Source of the DNA: Cytophagales bacterium
Lineage (GTDB): Bacteria; Bacteroidota; Bacteroidia; Cytophagales; Cyclobacteriaceae
Assembly: GCA_020063545.1 (NCBI GenBank)
Contig: JAGUUF010000120.1
Location: 1 to 43,596 of the forward strand
Direction: 5' to 3'
DNA length: 43,596 nucleotides
Part shown: positions 23,033-33,087 of the stretch, piece by piece
Numbering within the stretch: position 1 is the first letter of the stretch
How the letters are laid out: each line of letters opens with the position of its first letter
The notes under the pieces: generated by a model
Told to the model about the DNA's origin: nothing
Databases searched by the model: none
What the model saw: only the letters and a program-made list of their open reading frames with translations
Made by a program: the position numbers and the translations under genes

Positions 23033-24019
23033 TTAGTTAAAATAACTTGGTGACTTGATTACCACATGCTGGTGATCAGGCGAGGAAATAGTGTATTCGA
23101 ACACATTATTGGTTGAATATGCGCCAACTTCGCCACTCCGGCTCAATGCCAAAAAGGCTACACTCAATTCTCTAGCTTTTTCTTCGCCCCGCTTGCTGAT
23201 AAGACGCTTAATTGCCTCTTCGCACGCTTCTTGAGGAGAGCGACCGTTGCGCATCAGCTCCACAATGGTATGGCTGCCGGCAATGCGGATCATTTCTTCG
23301 CCCACACCGGTTGCTGTTGCCGCTCCCACTTCACCATCTACATACAACCCCGCCCCGATAATGGGCGAGTCGCCAACCCGGCCATGCATTTTGTAGGCCA
23401 TGCCGCTGGTGGTGCAGGCACCCGAAAGATTTCCGTTACCATCAAGGGCAAGGATGCCGATGGTATCGTGCTGGCCCGGATTGTGATATGGTTTGTACTC
23501 CGATTTCTTCAGCCATTCCTTCCATGCCCTTTCGGATTCTTTCGTTAACAGGTTTTCCCTTTTGAATCCCTGGCTTGCTGCAAATTGTTCGGCTCCCCTA
23601 CCCACCAGCATTACGTGAGGCGTTTTTTCCATAACCATCCGTGCAATTGATACAGGGTGTTTAAAACCCTGAACAAAAGCTACCGAACCACAATTGCTTT
23701 TTTCATCCATAATGCAGGCATCCAGGGTAACAATCCCTTCGCGGTCGGGCAACCCACCGTAGCCTACAGATGTATCCTTCGGATTGGCTTCAGGCACGCG
23801 CGCACCCTGTTCAACGGCATCGAGCGCATGGCCATTGCTGCTCAGCACCTTCCAGGCTGCCGCATTGGCATCGGTGTTGCGCCAGGTGGATACTAGCACC
23901 GGGCTTCCGATTTTACTATTACCCGGTACAGTTCTAAACCGGAAAAAAGGAATAGCCGTTGCAGCCAGCGCTGAAAGTTTAAGAAATTTTCTTCTGCCGG
24001 TTGATTTGAAGGCACTCAT
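23033..24019 (-). CDS. glycosylasparaginase / N4-(beta-N-acetylglucosaminyl)-L-asparaginase (Ntn hydrolase)
   Basis: 328 aa. Signal sequence with RRKFLK, the autoproteolysis/nucleophile motif HDTIGILALD, and GDSPIIGAGLY. Confidence 0.82.
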   Translation of the reverse strand: MSAFKSTGRRKFLKLSALAATAIPFFRFRTVPGNSKIGSPVLVSTWRNTDANAAAWKVLSSNGHALDAVEQGARVPEANPKDTSVGYGGLPDREGIVTLDACIMDEKSNCGSVAFVQGFKHPVSIARMVMEKTPHVMLVGRGAEQFAASQGFKRENLLTKESERAWKEWLKKSEYKPYHNPGQHDTIGILALDGNGNLSGACTTSGMAYKMHGRVGDSPIIGAGLYVDGEVGAATATGVGEEMIRIAGSHTIVELMRNGRSPQEACEEAIKRLISKRGEEKARELSVAFLALSRSGEVGAYSTNNVFEYTISSPDHQHVVIKSPSYFN

Positions 24020-24060
24020 AAATGACTGGTTAATACTTATCTAAAATAATCATTATAACC

Positions 24061-24882
24061 CTACTTCTTGCGCAAAACAATCAGCCTGTAGCTTTTGTAT
24101 TTTTTAAAATTCTCCGGATTCCGCTGACCGGTAAAATGCTTTACCCTGTTTTTCTCAATTTTTTTCCGGAATTGCCATCGAAGTATTTTGTAAAGAATGG
24201 GATACCGGCATTGAAGCAATTGCCCCACGAGTTGAACGGTGGGAAATACAACATTCATAGTAAGCCTGTTTACCAACTCCATGGTGGGAGCAATTTCGTT
24301 GGTCATATCAATATCGTTTACGATTTCAAAAGGATGTTTTTCCAGCAAGGCATAGAACTCCGTTAACCGGTGCCCACCTCCAAGCGTACTTTTACCTTCG
24401 GCTTCGGTACGGAAAAAGTCGGACAGCATTATATGTCCGCCAGTATCAAGTAACCCGCTGCACTGTTCAAAACTTCTTTCCATGGGTATGTACTGATAGC
24501 TTTCACAAAACAGGATCAAATCAAACTTCCGTTGCATTTTAAATTCTTCAAACTTCGTGGCATGCACTTCCGATTTGCCCGATAACCGCTCTGCGGCCAT
24601 CTCAACAAGTTTTCCCGGGGGCGACACACACGAAACCTCGTAGCCCTTCGCAAGAAGTTCTTCGGCTACCTTTCCGGTTCCACATCCAACATCAAGAATA
24701 CTGCGTACGTGGTGAGGAATGTGATCGATTAAAAAATCAACGTAATCTACCTGGGCCTGTTTAAAGTTTGGGGCTTTAACTTCAAGCCCGGGTTTCCAGT
24801 ATCCATAATGCAGGTACTCCGAGTCGAAGAAAAAATTAAACAGGTTTATCTGAATTTCGAGGCCCAGTTTTTTAGTATCCAT
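24061..24882 (-). CDS. class I SAM-dependent methyltransferase
   Basis: 273 aa with SAM-binding motif I (ILDVGCGTGKVA) and a following acidic loop. Confidence 0.75.
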   Translation of the reverse strand: MDTKKLGLEIQINLFNFFFDSEYLHYGYWKPGLEVKAPNFKQAQVDYVDFLIDHIPHHVRSILDVGCGTGKVAEELLAKGYEVSCVSPPGKLVEMAAERLSGKSEVHATKFEEFKMQRKFDLILFCESYQYIPMERSFEQCSGLLDTGGHIMLSDFFRTEAEGKSTLGGGHRLTEFYALLEKHPFEIVNDIDMTNEIAPTMELVNRLTMNVVFPTVQLVGQLLQCRYPILYKILRWQFRKKIEKNRVKHFTGQRNPENFKKYKSYRLIVLRKK

Positions 24883-24982
24883 GGATTGGATTGAAAATCA
24901 AACACAGGGTAATACTAAGCAATATTTCCCTTATTGCTAATCAATTGTGCAAAGATAGCCGCGGTGCCGGATGGGGCTAACG

Positions 24983-25477
24983 TCAATCAATAACGCGCCT
25001 TGCCAGCCTGAACCGTTTGAGGTAATACTCGGAATAGATGTTGGTTTCAACTACCCCCAGCGTTGTGGAGGCATGGATAAACTTGATGTTGTCTTTCGAT
25101 CTTTTATCGGTAACCAAACCTACGTGGGTAATCTCCCGTCTTTTCTTTCCGGTGGCAAAAAATACCAGGTCGCCCGGTTCAATTTCCTTTAGCTTCACTT
25201 CCTTGCCCACTTTGCTTTGGGCTTCGGAGGTTCGGGGCAATTCCATATTGATTGTGCGGAAGGCATTCAGCAATAAACCGCTGCAATCCATACCGGCCCG
25301 GGTAGTGCCCCCGTATTTATAGGGAGTGCCTACATAGCTGCGTGCCGCAGTAATTACCTTTTCAACTTTTTCTTCCTTAACCTTAGCCTTATGCGAGGCA
25401 CAGGAAAATAAAAACAGCAACGCAAACAGAAAAAGGAAGTAAAAAGGTTGCTTACCTTTGCGGTTAAAAAATAGCAT
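24983..25477 (-). CDS. NlpC/P60 (C40) family peptidase lipoprotein
   Basis: [20 protein letters not shown] catalytic Cys motif and ITHVGLV His motif. Start moved to the ATG at 25477 (MLFFNRKGK...LFLFSCAS lipobox), because the longer ORF overlaps the divergent GlcD-like start. Confidence 0.8.
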   Translation of the reverse strand: MLFFNRKGKQPFYFLFLFALLFLFSCASHKAKVKEEKVEKVITAARSYVGTPYKYGGTTRAGMDCSGLLLNAFRTINMELPRTSEAQSKVGKEVKLKEIEPGDLVFFATGKKRREITHVGLVTDKRSKDNIKFIHASTTLGVVETNIYSEYYLKRFRLARRVID

Positions 25478-25521
25478 CCTTACCAAGTTTAAAAAAATAG
25501 TACTGTAAATATACGCGTTGC

Positions 25522-26937
25522 ATGGCATTTCCGGAAGTAAGCACAGCCATCATAAGCCAGTTTGAGGCCATTGTTGGGAACGAACACGTAATCCTTGACG
25601 AAGAAAAGCGCCTTGAGTACGCACACGATAAAACAGAGGATTATTCATTTTTACCCGCCATGGTCGTTAAGCCGGGCACCACAAGCGAGGTAAGCCGGGT
25701 AATGCAGTTGTGTAATGAGCACCGCATTCCGGTAACGGCCCGGGGAGCAGGAACAGGGCTGGCGGGCTCTGCCCTGCCTACACATCACGGTATTGTGTTA
25801 TCCATGGAGCGATTCAACAAAATCCTGCACATTGATGAATTGAACCTCCAGGCAATTGTTGAACCAGGCGTTATCACAGAAGTATTTCAGAATGCCGTAA
25901 AAGAGAAGGGGCTGTTCTATCCGCCCGATCCGGCAAGTAAGGGTTCGTGCTTTCTCGGGGGAAACCTGGCACAAAATTCAGGCGGGCCTAAAGCGGTAAA
26001 GTATGGTGTTACCCGTGATTATGTTTTAAACCTTGAAGTGGTACTGCCAACCGGTGAGGTAATCTGGACGGGGGCAAACGTATTGAAAAACTCAACCGGC
26101 TATAACCTTACACAATTAATGTGCGGCAGTGAAGGCACGCTGGGCATCATTACCAAAATTGTGTTTAAACTCAGGGGCTATCCGCAAAAGAACGTGCTTA
26201 TGCTCATCCCGTTTGTTACCAACGAAGAGGCCTGCAGGGCCATTGCCGCAATTTTTACGGCCGGTATCCAGCCCTCGGGGGTAGAGTTTTTTGAACGCAT
26301 CGCAGCCATGCAAACCCTTGAGTATTGTGAGAAAGTGCTGAACAGCCCGGTAACTACAAGTTTCCCCGACAACATGGATGCCTACCTGCTGTGTGAGTTG
26401 GATGGAAATGATGAAGAAGTATTGATGCGCGATGCCGAACGGGTAATGAACGTGGTGGAAAAATTCCAGGCCGGTGAAATTTTATTTGCAGAAAGCGCAG
26501 CACAAAAAGACGAACTGTGGAAAGTGCGTAAAAATATTTCCCCTGCTGTAAACTGGTTTACCTTAACCAAAAGCGAAGATGTGGTGGTACCCCGCGCCAA
26601 CCTGCCAAAACTGATTTCGGGCATCAAAGAAATCGGAAGGCGCTATGGATTTAACACTGTTTGCTTCGGGCATTTGGGTGACGGCAATCTGCATGTGAAC
26701 GTACTGAAAGAACAGATACCGGATAGCGACTGGGAAACAAAAATCCCGGAAGGCATTGGCGAAATCTTTAAACTTACCGTAAGCCTTGGCGGAACGTTAT
26801 CAGGCGAGCATGGTATCGGCATCGCCAAGCGGCCTTACATGCCCCTTGCCCTTAGTGCTACAAACCTGGAGCTGATGCGCGGCATTAAGAAAGTTTTCGA
26901 TCCGAATGGTATATTGAATCCGGGAAAAATCTTCTGA
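25522..26937 (+). CDS. FAD-binding oxidase, GlcD / D-lactate dehydrogenase family
   Basis: 471 aa. FAD_binding_4-type N-terminal region ([16 protein letters not shown]) and C-terminal [18 protein letters not shown] ... [12 protein letters not shown]. Confidence 0.85.
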   Translation: MAFPEVSTAIISQFEAIVGNEHVILDEEKRLEYAHDKTEDYSFLPAMVVKPGTTSEVSRVMQLCNEHRIPVTARGAGTGLAGSALPTHHGIVLSMERFNKILHIDELNLQAIVEPGVITEVFQNAVKEKGLFYPPDPASKGSCFLGGNLAQNSGGPKAVKYGVTRDYVLNLEVVLPTGEVIWTGANVLKNSTGYNLTQLMCGSEGTLGIITKIVFKLRGYPQKNVLMLIPFVTNEEACRAIAAIFTAGIQPSGVEFFERIAAMQTLEYCEKVLNSPVTTSFPDNMDAYLLCELDGNDEEVLMRDAERVMNVVEKFQAGEILFAESAAQKDELWKVRKNISPAVNWFTLTKSEDVVVPRANLPKLISGIKEIGRRYGFNTVCFGHLGDGNLHVNVLKEQIPDSDWETKIPEGIGEIFKLTVSLGGTLSGEHGIGIAKRPYMPLALSATNLELMRGIKKVFDPNGILNPGKIF

Positions 26938-26939
26938 TC

Positions 26940-27665
26940 ATGCGGTTAATCATCCTCTTACTTGTTGCCTCCGTTTACCAGGCTTGCGAAATCAAAAGGC
27001 AATCCAAACAGCCTGCCGATACCTTTAACCAACTTACCGAGGAGGAGAAAAAGAATGGATGGATACTCCTGTTCGATGGAAAAACCATGAACGGCTGGCG
27101 CATTTTTAAAAACTCCCCGAATACCTCCTGGGAGGCAGCCGATGGAACACTACATTGCAGGCCCTTTCAGGATGGAGCTGTAAATGAACGCTCTGATTTG
27201 ATAACTACCGGTGAATACGGTGATTTTGAACTTACTTTTCAATGGAAAATAAGCCGGCAGGGAAACAGCGGTGTTATGTTCTGGGTAAACGAAGAGTACA
27301 ATCAGACCTATGCTTCCGGCCCCGAGTACCAGGTAATTGATGATACCGGCTATCCTGGCGATCTGCCCGCAGAAAATAAATCCGCAGCAACGTTCGGGCT
27401 GTATGCCACCGATACGACCACGGTTTACCCGGTTGGGCAGTGGAACGATGGAAAAATTATCGTGCAGGGAAACCACGTTGAACACTGGCTTAACGGAATA
27501 AAAGTGTTGGATTATGACCTATTTTCGGATGACTGGAATACCCGCAGGAATTCCAGTAAATGGAAGGATTTTCCGGGCTATGCATCCGCTAAGAAAGGTT
27601 ATATTGCATTACAGGATCACGGCAATGAGGTCTGGTACCGAAGTATCAAAATAAAAAACCTGTGA
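26940..27665 (+). CDS. DUF1080 (3-keto-disaccharide hydrolase-like) domain protein
   Basis: 241 aa. Signal peptide with Cys, GW..LFDGKT..GW, NSG, and the terminal IALQDHGNEVWYRSIKIK motif. Confidence 0.8.
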   Translation: MRLIILLLVASVYQACEIKRQSKQPADTFNQLTEEEKKNGWILLFDGKTMNGWRIFKNSPNTSWEAADGTLHCRPFQDGAVNERSDLITTGEYGDFELTFQWKISRQGNSGVMFWVNEEYNQTYASGPEYQVIDDTGYPGDLPAENKSAATFGLYATDTTTVYPVGQWNDGKIIVQGNHVEHWLNGIKVLDYDLFSDDWNTRRNSSKWKDFPGYASAKKGYIALQDHGNEVWYRSIKIKNL

Positions 27666-27696
27666 TCCGCCAGGCGTTACCAAACTTATCATAACT

Positions 27697-28443
27697 ATGA
27701 AGAAACTTATAACATTCACATGGGCTATTGCGATGATTGCCTGCAATCCTAAAAAAGACCAGGTTGTTACCGAAAATGAACCGGTTACAGAACCGGCTCA
27801 CAACACGCTAACCGAACAGCAAAAGGCCGAAGGTTGGCGGTTATTGTTTGACGGCCAATCTACAGCCGGCTGGAAAAACTATAATAAAGATGGAGTGGGC
27901 GCTGCCTGGGTGATTGACAACGGCACCCTGCACTTTAATAACGATGCACAGGAAGGACGTGGCGACATTATTACCGTTGACGAATTTGAAAATTTTGAGC
28001 TTAGGCTGGAGTGGAAAATTGATTCCTGCGGCAACAGCGGCATTATGTTTAACGTGGTAGAAAGCCCCGAGTACAGCAACACCTACTTAACAGGCCCCGA
28101 AATGCAGGTACTGGATAATACATGCCACCCGGATGCAAAAATCATAAAACACCGTGCAGGCGATTTGTATGATTTGATTTCCTGTTCCACCGAAACGGTA
28201 AAACCGGCCGGAGCGTGGAACCAGGTGCGCATTGTTTCCAATAATGGCAGCTACCAGTTCTGGCTAAACGGAACCAACGTAGTGAATTTTACTATGCACA
28301 CACCGGAGTGGGATGCCTTGGTTGCCGGCAGCAAATTCAAACAATGGCCGGCATTTGGCAAAGCCAGGCGCGGCCACATTGCCCTGCAGGATCATGGCGA
28401 CAAGGTGTGGTATCGCAACATCCTGATCAAACCTCTGCCTTAA
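27697..28443 (+). CDS. DUF1080 (3-keto-disaccharide hydrolase-like) domain lipoprotein, tandem paralog
   Basis: 248 aa. Lipobox-like AMIAC, GWRLLFDGQS..GW, NSG, and IALQDHGDKVWYRNILIK. Confidence 0.8.
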   Translation: MKKLITFTWAIAMIACNPKKDQVVTENEPVTEPAHNTLTEQQKAEGWRLLFDGQSTAGWKNYNKDGVGAAWVIDNGTLHFNNDAQEGRGDIITVDEFENFELRLEWKIDSCGNSGIMFNVVESPEYSNTYLTGPEMQVLDNTCHPDAKIIKHRAGDLYDLISCSTETVKPAGAWNQVRIVSNNGSYQFWLNGTNVVNFTMHTPEWDALVAGSKFKQWPAFGKARRGHIALQDHGDKVWYRNILIKPLP

Positions 28444-28454
28444 CTTACAACGCG

Positions 28455-29033
28455 GTGAGTTTCAGAAAAGCAGTACTTACCGTTATCGTACTTGAAATTC
28501 TGCTTGTTGCTTTTGCACTGGTCAATTACGGTAATTCGCTCACCGCACTTCAGGCAGTAACCCGCTATTCGGGCAGGCTTTCGCTGGTGCTGTTCAGCAT
28601 CATATTTCTGATTTTACCCAATACGCAGCGGCTCAGCAGGGTACTATCTCATAAACCATTTATGGTTTTTGCTGTTGCTCACGGCATTCATCTCATCGAA
28701 CTGCTGGGTTACGTTTACCTGTCAGGTAATGAACTGATTCCGATACGGCTGGCAGGCGGCTTTGTGGCGTACGTGCTCATCTTTGCTATGCCGGTCTTCC
28801 AATTAAGGCATGAGCGCGGACTAATAACCGAAACACATTTTAAGGTTGCACTAACCATTTACCAGTATTATGTATGGTTCATTTTTTTCATGAGCTACCT
28901 GCCACGCGTGCAGGGTAAACTTCCGAACGTTGGCGGAGAATATTGGGAATTTGTGGTGCTGCTCGCGTGGGTGTGTATGCTTATGGGAATGAAACTATCC
29001 TCCCTGATCTTCAAAGGAAAAAGTCACTCGTAA
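28455..29033 (+). CDS. hypothetical polytopic membrane protein
   Basis: About 192 aa with around 6 predicted TM helices. Proposed GTG start 12 nt after the DUF1080 stop. The track ORF (from 28308) extends out of frame across the upstream gene. No in-frame ATG until well inside the TM region. Confidence 0.55.
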   Translation: MSFRKAVLTVIVLEILLVAFALVNYGNSLTALQAVTRYSGRLSLVLFSIIFLILPNTQRLSRVLSHKPFMVFAVAHGIHLIELLGYVYLSGNELIPIRLAGGFVAYVLIFAMPVFQLRHERGLITETHFKVALTIYQYYVWFIFFMSYLPRVQGKLPNVGGEYWEFVVLLAWVCMLMGMKLSSLIFKGKSHS

Positions 29034-29037
29034 CAAT

Positions 29038-30948
29038 ATGTGTGGTATAACCGGAATTTTTGCCTTTAACCTCGTGGGCAAGATGAACATGATTCACCTG
29101 GCCAATGCCACGCGTGCCCTGGAAAAGCGCGGGCCGGATTTCCAGGATATGTACCACGACCAGTTTGTTGGCCTGGGTCATCGCAGGCTATCCATTATTG
29201 ATACCAGTGCAGTTGCCAACCAGCCCATGTGGGATGAGTCGGGCCGTTATGGCATTGTGTATAACGGAGAGATTTTTAATTACCGTGAGTTGCGTAAAAC
29301 ACTTGAGGAGCGAGGCGTTAGCTTCTTCTCTCAATCCGATACAGAAGTATTACTAAAACTCTACATCTACGACCAGGAGAATTTCCTGAACAAACTCAAT
29401 GGTTTTTTTGCTTTCTGTATTTACGACAAGCAAGAACAAACCTTCTTGCTGGCCCGCGATCGGTATGGCGTAAAACCTTTACTATACCTGTATGATGAGG
29501 ATAAATTCCTATTTGCCTCAGAGATGAAGGCCATGCTTGAATACGGGATCGAAAAAAACCTCGACTTCACCTCATTGTACACCTACCTGCAATTGAATTA
29601 CATTCCTGCACCCGATACCATCTTCCAACAGGTTAAAAAACTCAGCCCCGGCCACTACCTGAAAATTTCGAAAGGAAAATTATCGGTTGGCAGGTATTAC
29701 TTAATTCCCTATAGTGCAGAAAAGGTAAAAAAGAATTCCATTTCCTATGAAGATGCGAAACAAACCTTCAGGCATTTGCTTGAGGCATCCGTTCAAAGAA
29801 GGCTCGTTTCCGATGTTCCACTGGGGGCATTTCTCAGTGGCGGCATCGATTCGTCCGTAATTGCCGGGCTGGCCGGCAAACACAAACCCGATTTGCATAC
29901 CTTTTCGATCGGTTTTGCCGATGAGAAATTTTTTGATGAAACAGACTATGCCCGATTAGTAGCAAAACATTTTAATACGGAGCATACCGTTTTCTCGCTC
30001 ACCAACAAGGATTTGTATGCGCACGTGCACGATATTCTGAATTACGTAGATGAACCCTTTGCCGACTCATCGGCTATCAATGTTTATATATTGAGTAAGG
30101 AGACACGAAAGCATGCTACCGTGGCATTATCGGGAGATGGGGCAGATGAACTGCTGGGCGGGTATAATAAACATGCAGCTTTTTTGCGAGGACGGCACCC
30201 CGGCTGGAAGGAAAACCTCATTCCGAAATTCGATTGGTTGTGGCAACGGCTGCCGCAGTCAAGAAATAACACACTCACCAATTTGTTCCGCCAACTCGCA
30301 CGCTATAGTTCGGGGTTAAAACATTCCATGGAAGTACGGTATTGGCTATGGGCATCGCTTGCTTCCGGTAAAGAAGCGCTCGCCTTATTGCATCCTGAAC
30401 AGCGGCATCACATCACCGCTGATGAAGATTATTTTTCTGCCATTAAAGGTACCTGGATCAAACACCTGCACAGCCAGTCCGATATAAACGACATCCTGCT
30501 CAGCGATATGGAACTGGTGCTGCCGAACGATATGCTCACCAAGGTTGACCTGATGAGCATGGCCAACAGCCTGGAGGTACGCACACCGTTTTTGGATTAC
30601 GAACTGGTTAATTTTGCATTCAGCCTGCCGGGCGATTTTAAGATAACCCCTGCCATACGTAAACGGATTCTGCAGGATACCTTCCACGATTTTCTTCCTG
30701 CTAAACTATACAACCGGCCTAAAAAAGGATTTGAAGTACCCCTGCTGAAATGGCTTCGCAACGAAATGAAGCCGCTTATCATCGATGACCTGCTGGCAAA
30801 AGATTTCATTGAAGCACAAGGCATTTTTAACTTTGCGGAAATTGAAAAACTCAAAAGACAATTGCTCTCGTCAAATCCTGGCGATGTTCACGCCCGCATC
30901 TGGGGGTTGGTGGTGTTTCAATGGTGGTGGAAAAAATACATGAGGTGA
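29038..30948 (+). CDS. asnB: asparagine synthase (glutamine-hydrolysing), AsnB family
   Basis: 636 aa. N-terminal Ntn Cys (MCGITGIF), GHRRLSIID, and PP-loop SGGIDSS. Confidence 0.88.
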   Translation: MCGITGIFAFNLVGKMNMIHLANATRALEKRGPDFQDMYHDQFVGLGHRRLSIIDTSAVANQPMWDESGRYGIVYNGEIFNYRELRKTLEERGVSFFSQSDTEVLLKLYIYDQENFLNKLNGFFAFCIYDKQEQTFLLARDRYGVKPLLYLYDEDKFLFASEMKAMLEYGIEKNLDFTSLYTYLQLNYIPAPDTIFQQVKKLSPGHYLKISKGKLSVGRYYLIPYSAEKVKKNSISYEDAKQTFRHLLEASVQRRLVSDVPLGAFLSGGIDSSVIAGLAGKHKPDLHTFSIGFADEKFFDETDYARLVAKHFNTEHTVFSLTNKDLYAHVHDILNYVDEPFADSSAINVYILSKETRKHATVALSGDGADELLGGYNKHAAFLRGRHPGWKENLIPKFDWLWQRLPQSRNNTLTNLFRQLARYSSGLKHSMEVRYWLWASLASGKEALALLHPEQRHHITADEDYFSAIKGTWIKHLHSQSDINDILLSDMELVLPNDMLTKVDLMSMANSLEVRTPFLDYELVNFAFSLPGDFKITPAIRKRILQDTFHDFLPAKLYNRPKKGFEVPLLKWLRNEMKPLIIDDLLAKDFIEAQGIFNFAEIEKLKRQLLSSNPGDVHARIWGLVVFQWWWKKYMR

Positions 30949-31358
30949 TGGGGCATGTAAAGAAAATAGAATGTGAGGGCCGGATTATCCTGGAAATTGA
31001 TTATTCCGACTGCAACGAATCCGAAATGATTGCCGTGCTTAACCAGGCGCAGGAAATAGGCAAGGCGGAGAACCGCCCCTACCTGGTACTTTCTGTTGTT
31101 AACCGAAAGAATTTCCTCACTCCCAATTTTATGAAAGAGGTTAAAGAAATCGTAAAGTCGAACCTGAATTTAATTGAGAAGCAGGCGATTGTAGGCTTAA
31201 CAAGCACACAGAAGATCATCATAACGGGATTAAATATTTTTGTGCAGCGAAATTTCAAAACCTTTGATACCAAAGAAGAAGCAGTTCGTTTTCTGCTCGA
31301 CAAAGATTCAACCGATACTGACCTGCCCGATTATTTTAGAAAGAAAGATCGGCCATGA
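30948..31358 (+). CDS. hypothetical protein (possibly STAS/SpoIIAA-like fold)
   Basis: 136 aa. Its ATG overlaps the asnB TGA (TGATG). The alternating alpha/beta-like pattern is only a weak resemblance, so the family is not assigned. Confidence 0.5.
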   Translation: MGHVKKIECEGRIILEIDYSDCNESEMIAVLNQAQEIGKAENRPYLVLSVVNRKNFLTPNFMKEVKEIVKSNLNLIEKQAIVGLTSTQKIIITGLNIFVQRNFKTFDTKEEAVRFLLDKDSTDTDLPDYFRKKDRP

Positions 31359-31410
31359 AACTAATTTAAGCCTTATTGACGTTACCCGTAAAAAAGTCAC
31401 TGAGAAAAGA

Positions 31411-32085
31411 ATGGAAGAAGCGATTTTTAAAATTTCGGGAATGACTTGCGAGGGTTGTGCTGCTACCGTAACCAAATCGCTAAAGCAAATTAGCGGGGTT
31501 CAAGAGGTTAGCGTTGATTTGGGTAAAGCCGAGGCCCGGCTCACGGTCAGGGAAAAGGTATCGCCATCACAGGTTATAGAAGCATTACAACCATACCCTG
31601 CCTATCGCATCATTGAAAACGGTCACCAGGTTCAGAAAGCACCATCATTTTGGGCGGATGTCAACACCTGGAAAAGAGCTTCGTTGAATACTTTAAATTG
31701 TTTGATTGGTTGCTCTATTGGTGATTTTGGCATGATTATTTACCTCCAGGCATACTACCCCGGAACCTCCATGACTGCACAAATGATCCTGGCGATTATA
31801 GCAGGTCTTTGCACTTCGGTTACCATGGAAACCATGCTGCTGAAGTGGCGGGAAAAATTTACCTGGCCGGCTGCGTTCCGAACAGCTATCTCCATGTCAT
31901 TTTTGTCGATGATTGCTATGGAAGTGGTAATGAATGCCACTGATTTTATGATAACCGGTGGGAAGGCCGCATTTGAAAACCCGGTGTACTGGTCGGCCCT
32001 GGTGGTTTCGATGGCAGCCGGTTTCCTTGCCCCGCTTCCGTACAACTATTACAAACTACGGAAATACAACCGGGCCTGTCACTGA
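31411..32085 (+). CDS. heavy-metal-associated (HMA) domain fused to an integral membrane domain (DUF4396-like)
   Basis: 224 aa from the ATG at 31411. GMTCEGC metal-binding motif at 31438..31458 in a ferredoxin-like HMA domain, then 4-5 TM helices with LNCLIGCSIGDFG (CxxxC). The upstream part of the track ORF (31240..) overlaps the previous gene. Confidence 0.75.
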   Translation: MEEAIFKISGMTCEGCAATVTKSLKQISGVQEVSVDLGKAEARLTVREKVSPSQVIEALQPYPAYRIIENGHQVQKAPSFWADVNTWKRASLNTLNCLIGCSIGDFGMIIYLQAYYPGTSMTAQMILAIIAGLCTSVTMETMLLKWREKFTWPAAFRTAISMSFLSMIAMEVVMNATDFMITGGKAAFENPVYWSALVVSMAAGFLAPLPYNYYKLRKYNRACH

Positions 32086-33011
32086 CCTAACCGTACAAGG
32101 TCGGCCTCAGCAGCGATGAATCCGAAAGCTGCAAAATGTTTTCCCGAAGTAACCTGTTTAAAAATTTCTACAGCACGGGTGGTGTCACCTTCGCATAAAT
32201 ACCAGTTACCAACGCCATATCCTTGCGTAGCCAGCGCCAGGTCCACATCTTCATTGGTGCTGCTTACTTTGAGTAAATCATCGGGAGGGATCATGCCTTT
32301 GTACATCTGCAGCCGCAGGTAGTACGAGTCATTCTCCACGATGCTCATGTTCTCTTTGATCAACTCAAGTACTTTGGCGGCCTCTTCCTTTTTGCCCAAT
32401 CTACGGTAAGTCATGTACAGCCAGTCGGCTGTGGCGGTGATCAAATCATCATTATCCGAAACATCCAGGCACTGAACGTAGGCCTTTTCGGCATTTTCAA
32501 AATCGCCTTTCAGGTAATGCGCAAGTCCTAAATGATACCATACGTTGAATTGCGTGTTGGAAAGAGGTTGATTTAATTTGTTGGGCTGACCATCGGGTTC
32601 AATCTCCAATGGCTGCCTTGGCATTAACGATGCGGCCATTTGTAAATCGGCTATGGCTTTGTCGAATTTGCGCATGGAAATGTAGCGGTGCCCGCGGTGC
32701 CGGAATAGTTTGTAAGAATCCGGGTATCTTTCCAACCCTCGCGTAAACGTTTCAATCGCGTCCCGGTAGCGATATAAATACGCCTCCCTCCTGCCCAGCC
32801 AAATGTAGTTTTCTTCCGATGGATCGGCCTCAAAGTTTTTCCGGGCTACGTTCAGGTTACTGTCGAGCCGGGCTTGTACGGCTGCGCTTCGTTCGGGTTC
32901 GAAATATTCTTTACCATCAAGGCCGGTGAGAACTGGCGTGCGTCCCTTCTTCTCTGTGTTAGAAGTTGAGCAGGATATGAGAGCCAGAAAAATGCAGATA
33001 TACTTTTTCAT
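32079..33011 (-). CDS. tetratricopeptide-repeat lipoprotein
   Basis: Start at the ATG at 33011 (MKKYICIFLALISCS lipobox). Repeated TPR-like helices (YKLFRHRGHRYISMRKFDKAIADL, WYHLGLAHYLKGDFENAEKAY). Confidence 0.7.
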   Translation of the reverse strand: MKKYICIFLALISCSTSNTEKKGRTPVLTGLDGKEYFEPERSAAVQARLDSNLNVARKNFEADPSEENYIWLGRREAYLYRYRDAIETFTRGLERYPDSYKLFRHRGHRYISMRKFDKAIADLQMAASLMPRQPLEIEPDGQPNKLNQPLSNTQFNVWYHLGLAHYLKGDFENAEKAYVQCLDVSDNDDLITATADWLYMTYRRLGKKEEAAKVLELIKENMSIVENDSYYLRLQMYKGMIPPDDLLKVSSTNEDVDLALATQGYGVGNWYLCEGDTTRAVEIFKQVTSGKHFAAFGFIAAEADLVRLGQ

Positions 33012-33087
33012 ATACTGTGGATTCATCGTGGAATACAATGTCAATTCTAGTCAGTTTAGCAGACTTATCCAAAAACAGGCCTTAAAA

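Noticed and set aside
28308-28454. N-terminal 49 codons of the track ORF 28308..29033
   Set aside because: This stretch overlaps the conserved C-terminus of the DUF1080 gene in another frame and encodes Cys/Gln/Arg-rich non-membrane sequence. A GTG at 28455, just after the upstream stop, fits better.
31240-31410. N-terminal extension of the HMA-domain ORF
   Set aside because: It overlaps the preceding ORF in another frame. The HMA fold begins right at the ATG at 31411 (MEEAIFKISGMTCEGC).
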